A stretch of DNA of 62,296 nucleotides, the filler included, from Globobulimina sp. (Eukaryota): the NCBI GenBank assembly GCA_003354225.1. It is 36 parts of 36 records of this genome, joined end to end, with 100 filler letters (N's around TTAATTAATTAA, not from the genome) between each part and the next. Parts side by side here need not be neighbours in the genome. Positions count along the whole stretch, not along the records: positions 1 to 1,635 come from PIVH01013818.1; positions 1,736 to 3,370 come from PIVH01013819.1; positions 3,471 to 5,105 come from PIVH01013820.1; positions 5,206 to 6,840 come from PIVH01013821.1; positions 6,941 to 8,575 come from PIVH01013822.1; positions 8,676 to 10,310 come from PIVH01013823.1; positions 10,411 to 12,044 come from PIVH01013824.1; 29 more parts are not named here. One strand, given 5' to 3'. A program made the translations under genes and the position numbers. Below, one piece after another: positions 1 through 10,550 of this stretch. The notes under the pieces were generated by a model. The model saw only the letters and a list, made by a program, of their open reading frames with translations. It was not told where the DNA came from and made no database searches. How positions within the stretch are numbered: the stretch's first letter is position 1; each line of letters begins with the position of its first letter.

Positions 1-22
1 CATACACAAAAAAAAGTATCAA

Positions 23-1635
23 TTAATGACTTCTATGTTTATCATCATCAAACAATGATTTATAAAATGCTTCAAATTTGGCATCTGCAGATTTCTTTTT
101 GCATTGCACATACTTCTCTGCAAAACTCCTATCCTTCGATTTTGTAAAAGCAAACTCCAATTTATCCCTCTCACTTTCTACAAAAAACAATGGCAAAAAA
201 TACTTAATGTCCTCAATAAAAAACCTAACGCCCCATCCGTTGTTACACAAATACGCTCGAACATTATTCGCAGCAAAGCAATGGAACGAAAGTGTTAATC
301 CAAACGGTCGATGGGTATTCACATTGATATTTTCCATTTCATTGTCAACCTTCGGCAACACACAAATCCTCAAATTCTGTATCAACGCCTCCACCAACAA
401 CTTATTCTCATCCCCTTCAAAACAATGGCACTGTTTTTGTTGATTCTTATCAACATTTGGTTGAAACCCATACAATTCATCTTTTTTAAAATTGCTCCTC
501 CGATCAATGACCAATATTCCTCGTTGACAGCGTTTATAATGAAACAACTGATTTACTGACTGTAACATCGTTCGATTCGCTGTGCCATACTCAATATCCG
601 TGCATTTAATCCTATTCTTCTGCAAAGCCAATCTTTTACTCATATCCCCAATGTACAATGGCTCGTTATCCCGAATCTCCTCATCACCAAAAGTGTCCAT
701 ATCCTTTTCATCCTCACTGCTCACATCGCTTCCCTTCGAATTAACATTTCTGATATCTTTGGCGTCCCAATCTATCATCTTATACTTTTTCGGAATGATA
801 AGCACGTCAATCTGCGCAGGCAGCGGCGCATTCTGCTGCTGTACAAACTGTTCAATAAAGGTGAAGCACTGCAATATGTACGTACTGATACCAATAATAC
901 TGTCATCAATCCACGCAGTCAAAGCAATGTCATTTATGGGCGGCTTATGTAACAACCTCCGGGGAAACACACTGATCGCTGCTTGGCACATTTCCAAGAA
1001 TTTGGCCTGTTGCTGCGCTGTATATTCGTCCCGCAGCCAGTTTTTAATGCCGGTACACTTTTTGGTGATAAATTGAGCGGGATTGGGGTCACTGAATTTG
1101 TTGTTGAACTTTTTCAAAGCGTGCTTGGTGTCATATGCTGTTTTTTTTAACTTTTGAACCATTTTCTTGCGTTTTTGTATGCGATATCTGTTGAACGCAT
1201 CGACTAAGTAAGTTAATAGAGGCTGGTTTCCGTTTTGTTTTCCAATTTGTAGAATGGAGTAGGTCGCGGTGTCCTGATCGGAATTGGAGGTGCCGCGGGG
1301 TCGCAAGTCATTGCATTGTTGCATTAATTGTTGTTCTATGAAATATAGATCGTCATCGCGTACTGTGATGTTGTAATTTGTGAATATGTTCATATTTTCT
1401 TTTATATCGTCTGCAGCTTCGATAATTAAATGTGGATCGCTTGGGTTGTTGTGGTTATTTGGCGCTTTGTTGTGTTTATAGCAATATTTAATTATCTCGA
1501 AAATTGCATTTGCGTCGGTTTGTTTATGTGCTTTGGTTAATGGGAAATCATCATCCATGTCAGTATAGGAGCAATCATTGGCATTGACATCCTCTCCTAA
1601 CTCATCATCAAAATCATCAACCTCAAATTCGTGCT
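23..1635 (-). CDS. Hypothetical protein, 5'-partial (>511 aa)
   Basis: Long ORF that stays open upstream of the annotated ATG to the contig edge (HEFEVDDFDDELGED...). No family recognised. Confidence 0.7.
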
Positions 1636-1735
1636 NNNNNNNNNNNNNNNNNNNNNNNNNNNNNNNNNNNNNNNNNNNNTTAATTAATTAANNNNNNNNN
1701 NNNNNNNNNNNNNNNNNNNNNNNNNNNNNNNNNNN
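1636..1735. other. Artificial contig linker (first of 35): N44-TTAATTAATTAA-N44
   Basis: The same 100-bp spacer recurs every ~1733 bp (1636, 3371, 5106, 6841, 8576, 10311, 12045 ... 60565). It encodes stops in all six frames, and the contigs between are length-sorted (1635 to 1632 bp). Confidence 0.99.
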
Positions 1736-3370
1736 CTTTTCAAATGTGCTTCTCTTGCAATTTCAGATGGCAATTCCGGACAAATTGATGTATTTACAGC
1801 AAAATTAATTTCTTTCATTAAATGATTTACTTTTTGGCATGAATTAAATTTGCAACCTCCAATATCATATCCAGTTGGAATTGAATGTGATTCACCATTT
1901 AATGTGAAATACGACATAATATTTAATTTAATTTTTTTATTTTTATCAATTTCATCTAAAATGGACCATATTTTTGTTTGTATTTTATTATAATTATATT
2001 TGACGGCAATTCGATGCAATCCAATTAATTGATCAATGGTTAAATCTGTATTCAAATCAAAATTCTTTTCAATAATAAAAAAAATATCATCCAATCTATT
2101 ATGCTTTGAATGTGTTGCTAAAAGTATTAATGCATCAATATTATGTTTACCATTCTCATATTGTGTGATAAAATTATTGTAAAACAACCACATTTTGTCA
2201 TATTGTCCAATATTAGAATAACTATTTAATGTTTGAATAAATTTTAAATCTTTGCTTGTCAATAATGATAACATTGATTCACTTGTTTCCAAATCACACA
2301 ATAATTTAGATGCCATATTGCGGTTTTGTTGGTGATAAGATTTGGAAAATGAAAACATAGCTAAACAATAACAATCTATATTTAATTTTATTTTCTCTTC
2401 ATTCACCACAAAATGCCACACATTGAGCAATATATTTTCATTGTAATTTGTTTTGTTTATACATAATATCAATAATTGGAAAGATAATGAGTTTAATTTT
2501 ACAGCTTTTTTATGGTTTAATATATCATTCCAAATATCATACACATTTTCAGGCTCATCATTGCGGAGTAAATGTCGTAACAAACAAATTAATATTTCAT
2601 TATTTATTAACCGATTTCCTTGAGCTGAACATAACATATTTGTATATTGTTTCAGCATTGCTTTTGCATTTCCGATCAAACCATATCCATCAATAATGCT
2701 TAAATATTCTTTTTGTTTCATTTGGTGTGTCTGTAATTTGTTGATTAATGTATTTATATATTGCTTATTTTCGAGATCATTATTATTGTTCACTAAAATC
2801 ATAATCTCTTTGAAATAATTGATTGTATTTATTCCAGATTTATATTTTATTGGAAAGGCATTGTCTTTCCATTTGATACCAACACATAAATTAAAAATAT
2901 TAAGTGTAGCTAATATTTGATCTCGTGGCATATTGTCAACATCAATGGTAATATTAATTGCTGTTTTATGATCATTGCAATATTCATTAAATATTTGATG
3001 AATGTTATCAATTAATTGCATGTCATCACAAAAATTGCATGAATTTAATAAATACATAATTGTATATTCATTCGGTTCTAATTTTGTTTCAAAAATCATT
3101 TTATTAAATGTTTCAATCACTTTATTTGTTTTACCATTTCTTCCATACGCATTAATCATATGGTTCCATAGTTTTATTTCTTTCAAATATTTGTCATATT
3201 CCATTGCTTGAATTCCATCGAATATTTCTTCACATAAATCTAAGTGATTTGCTTTGCCATAAATGCATATCAAATTAGTTTGAACATCCAAGCTTTTTAA
3301 TATTGCTCTAAAATCTTTATTTTGTTTTAAATATTTATTAATATCCCTTGCTGTGTTTAATGCTGTTTCA
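1736..3370 (-). CDS. Pentatricopeptide repeat (PPR) protein with E+/DYW-like C-terminal region, partial at both ends
   Basis: PPR motifs (VQTNLICIYGKANHLDLCEEIFD; LWNHMINAYGRNGKTNKVIETFNKM..EPNEYTIMYLLNSC). The end of the ORF, SYFTLNGESHSIPTG...LMKEINFAVNTSICPELPSEIAREAHLK, aligns by eye with the start of DYW domains. Confidence 0.85.
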
Positions 3371-3704
3371 NNNNNNNNNNNNNNNNNNNNNNNNNNNNNN
3401 NNNNNNNNNNNNNNTTAATTAATTAANNNNNNNNNNNNNNNNNNNNNNNNNNNNNNNNNNNNNNNNNNNNATGACAACGCTATACTCAGACAGAAACAAG
3501 ATAAGGTCAAATGGAAACAGTATTTGTAGACTTGTACATACAACAGTATATTGTTTCAGTTGTACATACAACTTTGTTTTAGATTTATTGGATGGCTCCG
3601 AAATTTCTTGCCATATTTTAAATATTCAATTTACTGGTTATGAATGGAATGCTATTTATAAACAAAACAATGTGAACAAAAATTAGAACAGTCACACCCA
3701 AACA

Positions 3705-4883
3705 TCATTTATTTTTTTTCTTTTTTTTTGATCCTTTCTTTGAGTTTGGACTGTTTAAAACCACAATACTTTCTTTGCAATTCTCATCATTTATATTTTT
3801 ATTCACATTTTTATTTTTATTTTTTTTCACTGCCGCTTTACTCACTTTCTTCAATTTCTGGCTTAATCGATTACATTCCTTTTCTAACTCTTTTTGTGTA
3901 TCGTCACCAACCTGCAATAATATTTTTTTCTCATCCAATTCCTCATTTTTGTCAATTAATTCCCGTTCCAACTCTTGTTTTTCACTTTCAATTCTTTTGA
4001 TTTTCAAACTCAAATTGGAAATAATAAATGTCTGTTCATTTAAATCCAATTTAAATTGATCCAAAATTGATTGTTTCGCAAATAATGTCGCCTTCAAAAA
4101 ATTTACTTTCTCTCTCAATTCCATAATCAATGACGCATCGCTACGTTCATTGGTTCTCGGCGATACGAGACCCGATTGGCCCGAACCAATGCTACTCGTC
4201 CGCGTAAATAGTAAACTCGGCGCCAAATCACTCTCTGAACGGGACCTCTTGCGCTTGCCGCCCCGTTCCAATCTGTTGACAATATTTGAGTGTTTAACCA
4301 CATCCTCCATCTCTTGCTTGCTATCATCCAATGACTTTCTATACACTTTGTTTGCTTCGAAAAGTGAGTAATGTCTGGAACTATATTCATCCAAATCAAT
4401 ATTGGATGGTTTTGGTAGATGTTGTAAGTCGGCTGCGGCAGCACTGTGAGCTTGCTTTTCTTCTTCGACTTTTTCGTCGGGTACTACACGAACATGTTGT
4501 TTTTTACACTTTTTTTTATGCTTTTTTCTATATTTATTGACTTTTAAAGTGGCGATATCAGCATCATTGTGCGGATTATAGTCCTTGTAATTGAAGTTAT
4601 TGATATTATGAACGTCTTCAAGTGTCATGATAGAAACAGTTGCTTCAGTGTAGATATTGGAGTATTTTGAAGAATTGTCACTGACAATGGATTTGATTAA
4701 TTTATTTATATGCATTACACCCAAATCATTTCTCTTTTTTTTGTCATATTCATAGCCGTGTTTGAATTCTTTTTTATGTTCATCACTTTGAGTCTCTTCG
4801 AATTCCTTTAAATTGGCAGATGTAAAATGCACAGTCATGGTATTATTTTGCAAATTCACATTCATGGTTTGATTAGACTCAAT
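3705..4883 (-). CDS. Coiled-coil, lysine-rich hypothetical protein (terminal exon)
   Basis: 386-aa ORF with a heptad-rich region, preceded by a CTGAT branch-like motif and a TTTAG acceptor at 4884. Confidence 0.65.
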   Translation of the reverse strand: MESNQTMNVNLQNNTMTVHFTSANLKEFEETQSDEHKKEFKHGYEYDKKKRNDLGVMHINKLIKSIVSDNSSKYSNIYTEATVSIMTLEDVHNINNFNYKDYNPHNDADIATLKVNKYRKKHKKKCKKQHVRVVPDEKVEEEKQAHSAAAADLQHLPKPSNIDLDEYSSRHYSLFEANKVYRKSLDDSKQEMEDVVKHSNIVNRLERGGKRKRSRSESDLAPSLLFTRTSSIGSGQSGLVSPRTNERSDASLIMELREKVNFLKATLFAKQSILDQFKLDLNEQTFIISNLSLKIKRIESEKQELERELIDKNEELDEKKILLQVGDDTQKELEKECNRLSQKLKKVSKAAVKKNKNKNVNKNINDENCKESIVVLNSPNSKKGSKKKKKNK

Positions 4884-5248
4884 CTAAAGTAATCCAGAGA
4901 TAATTATCAGTCCAACACATGTACAATTTCAACAATTGAGTCTTCATAGAAAACGACCTAACGCTATAATTCCATTCGAAAAAGTTTATTTAATTTCGAA
5001 TGGAATCAGCGTTGTTGCCATGCTGCAAACTCATTTTTACTTCAAAAGTTTTTTACTCCAAACAATGACTCAACACCATGGGCAATATTGAAATTGTACA
5101 TTTGTNNNNNNNNNNNNNNNNNNNNNNNNNNNNNNNNNNNNNNNNNNNNTTAATTAATTAANNNNNNNNNNNNNNNNNNNNNNNNNNNNNNNNNNNNNNN
5201 NNNNNATAATGATTTCCAGGGGTTTCTGAGCGTTACCGCTCCCATAGG

Positions 5249-5539
5249 TTGCATGTTAATGTATTTGGACAAATATTCATTTATAACAAGATGACAAATC
5301 AGCAATTCCATGGTGGTTTAATAACAGATTTACCGAAGGATGCGACAGTTGGGCAACTTTATGAAGCTGTTCAATCCGCATTAAACATCAGAAATCCTCA
5401 ACACATTCAATTATATTATCCGGAGAGTGAACCAATCAGAAAAACAGAATTGTCGCTACCTTTGGCAGATAGAAATCCACCAATTAGTACAATGGCTGAA
5501 GATCCCACAATAATTTATCTACCAACAGTAATCAGTTAA
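5249..5539 (+). CDS. Ubiquitin-like domain protein fragment
   Basis: QIFIYNK...DLPKDATVGQLYEAVQSALNI..IQLYY...LSLPLAD resembles a beta-grasp Ubl fold. Confidence 0.4.
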   Translation: MHVNVFGQIFIYNKMTNQQFHGGLITDLPKDATVGQLYEAVQSALNIRNPQHIQLYYPESEPIRKTELSLPLADRNPPISTMAEDPTIIYLPTVIS

Positions 5540-5595
5540 GCATGAAATAATTGAATTTGAATATTTTATTAATATTATAATTGCACGCTACACAG

Positions 5596-6121
5596 CTACA
5601 ACAAGTCCATGGTTTGGTGGTAGTAGTTTTGGTTTTTACCAAAGGAAGGCCGTTGACATGGATCAAGGCCTAAAATTAACAGCAATAGGTACCGAAAATG
5701 GTAATGACATTGAATTCCAGGTAAATGGTACATGGGAGGTAATGAAAGGCCGCCTGAAACATTAGAATTTGATGACGATGAATTTATCAATAAAGTTTCT
5801 TTAGCTGTAGCTACAGTTTACTATGTTGAATTCATAGAGTTCTTCACCAACAAAGATCGTAGTATTCAATTTGGAATGTTAGCTGATAGAAATGTATCTA
5901 TATCGAGTGGTGGGGAATTAGTAGGCATGAATTTGAACTCAGAGTCCTGGATCGATGGTTGTTCATTTGAATGGAGAGCAAACATTTTTGATGCTGATAA
6001 ACCAGACTGCTCAGAATGTCCGGCGATGAGTACAACATTAACAACAAAGCCTGCACGAAGGATACAAAAAAACGACAACACGCACTTCAAAACTTTAAGA
6101 AATCAATACAATGTTAATTAA
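5596..6121 (+). pseudogene. Jacalin-like lectin domain with an apparent 1-nt frameshift
   Basis: TTSPWFGG...IEFQVNGTW in one frame continues as GGNERPPETLEFDDDEFINKVS...IEFFTNKDRSIQFG...LVGMNLNSESWIDGCSFEW in another. Adding one G to the run at 5734-5736 joins them. Confidence 0.5.
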
Positions 6122-6166
6122 AAACTTGATATGATATAAGATGTGAATGATAACATAACTTTTGAC

Positions 6167-6840
6167 TTATGTTATTTTTTTTAATTTGTTGGGGCATCTC
6201 TGCCGTTGTTCATTCTCAAATTGTTGGTGTGCGTTATATAAATATATATGGAAATGTTCAATAAACTCTTTTCTTGTTAAAACATGTCTTCTTTTTTCTT
6301 TTTCATACTTTTTCTTTTCACACAATTTATGTTTTGGTAACATTTTGTATATTTTATTTGTTAGCAGTTTGATTGGTTGAGACGGTGGTTTGTTATTATT
6401 ATTCCTTCGATTCCTCAACGTCAACACAGTTAAACCATAAATAACTTTCAACAAATCGTGCATCTTTGTAATTTTATTTTTGTTCACCCATTTATCCCAT
6501 AATAGCGCCAATTTATTGTTCTCTTTCAATGTCTGTAAACTATGCGCAATCTCATCCACTTCACATCCAATTTTCTCACTAAATTTCGTTAAACAAACAT
6601 CTGAATTCCGTAACGATATCTCCATATATTTTTTATTGTATATTTCCTCATTTTCGCAGATCATTATCATATTATAATCATCGCCTGATTCGCTTTTATC
6701 ATCAACAATATCACTCATTGAGTCTTTCAACACATTTTGTAATTCCATGTTTGTCAAATCAGAGATTAGCATCCCACCAATTGACGTATCCAAATGTTGT
6801 ATCAGCTTTCTATTTGTGTCTGTTTTATGATATCTGTTGT
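6167..6840 (-). CDS. Hypothetical protein, 5'-partial
   Basis: 208-aa ORF that is open to the contig edge, with a protein-like composition. Confidence 0.6.
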
Positions 6841-6940
6841 NNNNNNNNNNNNNNNNNNNNNNNNNNNNNNNNNNNNNNNNNNNNTTAATTAATTAANNNN
6901 NNNNNNNNNNNNNNNNNNNNNNNNNNNNNNNNNNNNNNNN

Positions 6941-8365
6941 CATTACATATTTCCGGCTGGGTTTGGGATTTAGCAGCACGTAGATATTGGAAAAAAGATC
7001 ATTTTGCGCACTTTATAACTTCAACATTCATCCCATACTATGACAACATTGACCAATTTGAACGAAAATATAATATATCTGATACATTTGGCATTGATTA
7101 TGATATTAATGATGACAACGAGGAGGAGAACAATGCTGGAGATAATAATACAACATCATTAAAATCTGGTTTTCTAAATCGATATGCAAAGGATAACAAG
7201 AAACGGAAAGTTGCAGCGGAGAGAAAGTTCCATATTCATAAATTAAATGAAATTGATACATCATCACTCGCCGATATTGCCTCATCCACAAATAAGTTGT
7301 CAATGAGTTTATTTTACGAAGGAATGCAAAGATTGTGGTATGTAATGCATTTTGGTCGGATATGAGTTTGAATTCATATTACTTTAATGACTCATATCCC
7401 ATCCAAGTGGCTGTATGAAAAAGGTATAGATTTTGGATTTTAACGGGGGTGGTAACCATGCCAATTTTTGTAATATTACTGACTGAAATTATTGTACCTT
7501 CGCTGCATTCGTCCATTGATTCGTCGCATGGCGGAATACACTCGCAACTCTTCGCAGATATGTTTGTGCCGTTTAATACAATAATTATATTTCTGCGAAT
7601 ATTTTATGTAATTTGCAACTTTGTATTCATGCTGTTTTATTTTAAATTCATTTGTGAATGTCATCGGGGCGATGTCTTAATACATTTGCATTATTTTGAT
7701 ACATCGGATATTATAAAGAAATATAATCGTAATCAGATGCAGTATTACAAAGAAATGGAGAGTAGATTAGCTGCGATTGTTTGGAATTGGGATCGAGTCA
7801 TATCAGTTACACAAAAAACAAGCTTTGCATTTAGGTATGTTATATTCGTATTGTTTTGGAAACACATTGTTTATGTCATTTCTGTTGCAGACATTGGATA
7901 TTTGTCACATTTGTAATAAATTTTATGGCTGCGGTGGTTGCAATAGTTAACTTAGCAATACATTTGGAGCAATTTCCACAACATTTGGAAATGTATATAC
8001 CTGCTTTGGTTAATGTTGTTATCTCATTTTATGTGATGTTTGTTGGCGCTCAAATAGCGCACATGAATACGACTGTGGATAAAAGAACATATTTCTTGTT
8101 AGCCACTGCTCATTTCGCTCATGTTGATGTGCATATAAATAGAGATGAACATAAAATTAATGAGGATGTGGATGCAATGATGTTACTTCAAATAAGACAG
8201 CAGAATCTATACTCGCAAGCGCAAGCTGTCGCAAAAACAGCAAAAACAATGCCACTCGGAATTGCTGTATATGGACTAGTATTGCATCGCAATTTATTCT
8301 TGGCATTTTTTGCGCCATTTATAACATTTTTAGCTTTGTGTTTGAATCAATGGCTACCAAAATAA
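6941..8365 (+). CDS. Multi-pass membrane protein, gustatory-receptor-like (7TMIC/GRL/DUF3537-like); exons 6941-7337, 7424-7834, 7891-8365
   Basis: Removing two GT-AG introns gives one open frame. The C-terminus PLGIAVYGLVLHRNLFLAFFAPFITFLALCLNQW resembles the TM7a/7b signature of GR/GRL/DUF3537 proteins. Confidence 0.55.
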
Positions 8366-8829
8366 CAACTACTTTTTGTATTTTTTATTTTCAGAACTTG
8401 ATTTATGACTATAGATCATAAGAAACTTGATCTGACTTTGTGCTGGATTTGCAAACCCAAGACAAAGTTATAACAAACCCAGTACAAATCCAAGACAAAG
8501 TTATAGCAAACTGTTTCTGGATTTGCAAAGCGTTTCTCAGATAATTGAAAAAAATGTATACAACTTATCGACCAGNNNNNNNNNNNNNNNNNNNNNNNNN
8601 NNNNNNNNNNNNNNNNNNNTTAATTAATTAANNNNNNNNNNNNNNNNNNNNNNNNNNNNNNNNNNNNNNNNNNNNTAAAAACAAAAACAAAACACAGAAA
8701 AAAGATTAAATTGGCAACTGTTTTAACAAGTGTTTCTGAATAATTACAACAGATTTCGAAGTTTGAACTTTATATAAATATTAAATACCAAAAAGGGGTG
8801 GAAACAAAACAAAGTACATATGTATGTTT

Positions 8830-10310
8830 TTACGATCTGTTCTTTCTTCTATTCTTAGTTCTCGCTTTCTTATCATTCTCCTTCTTCTCTTTCTCCTCCA
8901 TATCATGCTCAGACCTATGAATCAATTGCTTTTTCTTCTGATTATAATAATATTCGCTAAAAAACACCTCCATATTGTTCTCCTTATTACGTCCTCCATA
9001 GTGTTCCATCTCCTTCTTGCTCCCAAACACTTTGAATCGTTTACTCGTAATTATCAACGCCATGTGATTTATATCCGGTGCATGACCATCACTCATAAAC
9101 ACCTCATTCGCCTCATGCCGATGCTCCCGGTTCCTCTTAATCGCTTTCTTGATCTCATCATATTTCCAATACCACATATTGCCCATAAACACGTCTCCGC
9201 CCTCATCCTCAAACAGCTCCACGATCTGCGACATCCACGCATCGTCCACAGATTCCTCCGCATCCGTCGCCACAAAGCATTCGCCGCCAATCAAATACTT
9301 GACATTGCTCACAATGATGCCGCCATAGTATTTATTCCCATTCATCTCTCGAATGGGCGAACCAATCCAATTATAATCGATATCCTCCTCATCGCTGCCG
9401 GTCCCGATACTGCTCTGTTCCTCGTCGTTCACAGTCTTGCTCTTATTTTTGTGATTAAATAAAGTCGTTACTAACGTTTCCTTCTTCCCATACATTTTCA
9501 AGTCATGTTTTTTCAATTTCGCCTTCAAATCGACGCACCGCAACTGCCGCAATCCAGTCTTTGTGATGGGAGTCGGCGGGATTTGCAATCTAGATTTCAT
9601 AGATTTGGATTTAGATTGTTTGGTTGCCGGCGTTCGCATTAACTGGAATTTCTTCCTTTTTTTCCGCTCTTTCTTGCGGACCGACAATTTGCACTTTTTC
9701 GGCAACGGCTCGTCGCCTTCACTCAAATGCGACAATGCCGGCGAGAATAAGTTGCGGTTTAGTTTGGATTTTGAGATTGGAATTGCTGACTTTTTAGCCT
9801 CTTTCAATGGGGTCTCTGGCATTAAATCGTTTAATAAATGACGCGGTTCAAGCGAGTTGCTGTCCGGTTGGTTAATATTAGTGTCAACGAGCACTGTCTC
9901 GCTGTCCTCGTCCACCGCAAAGATTATATTGTCGGTGAGTTTACGCTTTTTATTCGGATGGGAAACGGCGTGGTTTTTGTGGCCGCTTTGTTCCATATCA
10001 CTCCTTTGTCGCTTTCGCGAGGATTTATTGGATTTGTTGGCAGATTGAGGGAGGGATCGTATTCGTAATAACGTCAATTGTTCTTGTAAGGATTTTAATT
10101 GTTTTTGTAAGTCGTCTTTTTCATAATTTTCATGCTCGTTTTTGTTGATTAATAATTTATTTTTGCTTTCTAACTCAACGGTTAATTTCTTCCATTCACT
10201 GATCTCGTTTTGTTGCTTAATATATTCCTCATCGGCTTCGCGTAGTGATATGGTATGAAACTCACATTTTTGAGTGTATTTGCTTTGTAATGCATATAAT
10301 TCCCCGTTGA
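8830..10310 (-). CDS. Chromatin protein with coiled coil, SAP domain and BAH domain, 5'-partial
   Basis: SAP-like LRQLRCVDLKAKLKKHDLKMYGKKETLVTTL; BAH-like YYGGIIVSNVKYLIGGECFV...WMSQIVELFED...NMWYWKYDEI...NEVFMSD; several NLS-like basic tracts. Confidence 0.75.
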
Positions 10311-10550
10311 NNNNNNNNNNNNNNNNNNNNNNNNNNNNNNNNNNNNNNNNNNNNTTAATTAATTAANNNNNNNNNNNNNNNNNNNNNNNNNNNNNNNNNN
10401 NNNNNNNNNNGTTAATATGGAGAAAAATAGGGAGAGTTTAAATTGGTAAAATTGGAAAAAGATTGAAAAATAGAAAATTTATTAGCAAGTAAATGTTGGT
10501 CATTATCAGACAGCCTGACGTTTTTTTGTTATGTACACATTCGCAGAATA

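Noticed and set aside
8452-8511. Duplicated CAAAYCCAAGACAAAGTTATARCAAAC downstream of the GRL-like gene as a regulatory array
   Set aside because: Two copies near a contig end, most likely a local tandem duplication or repeat fragment; no function can be supported.
8824-9462. 212-aa plus-strand ORF, and similar antisense ORFs at 78-1076, 24443-24842, 45912-46310 and 53862-55345
   Set aside because: These are shadows of well-supported genes on the opposite strand and have no recognisable motifs.
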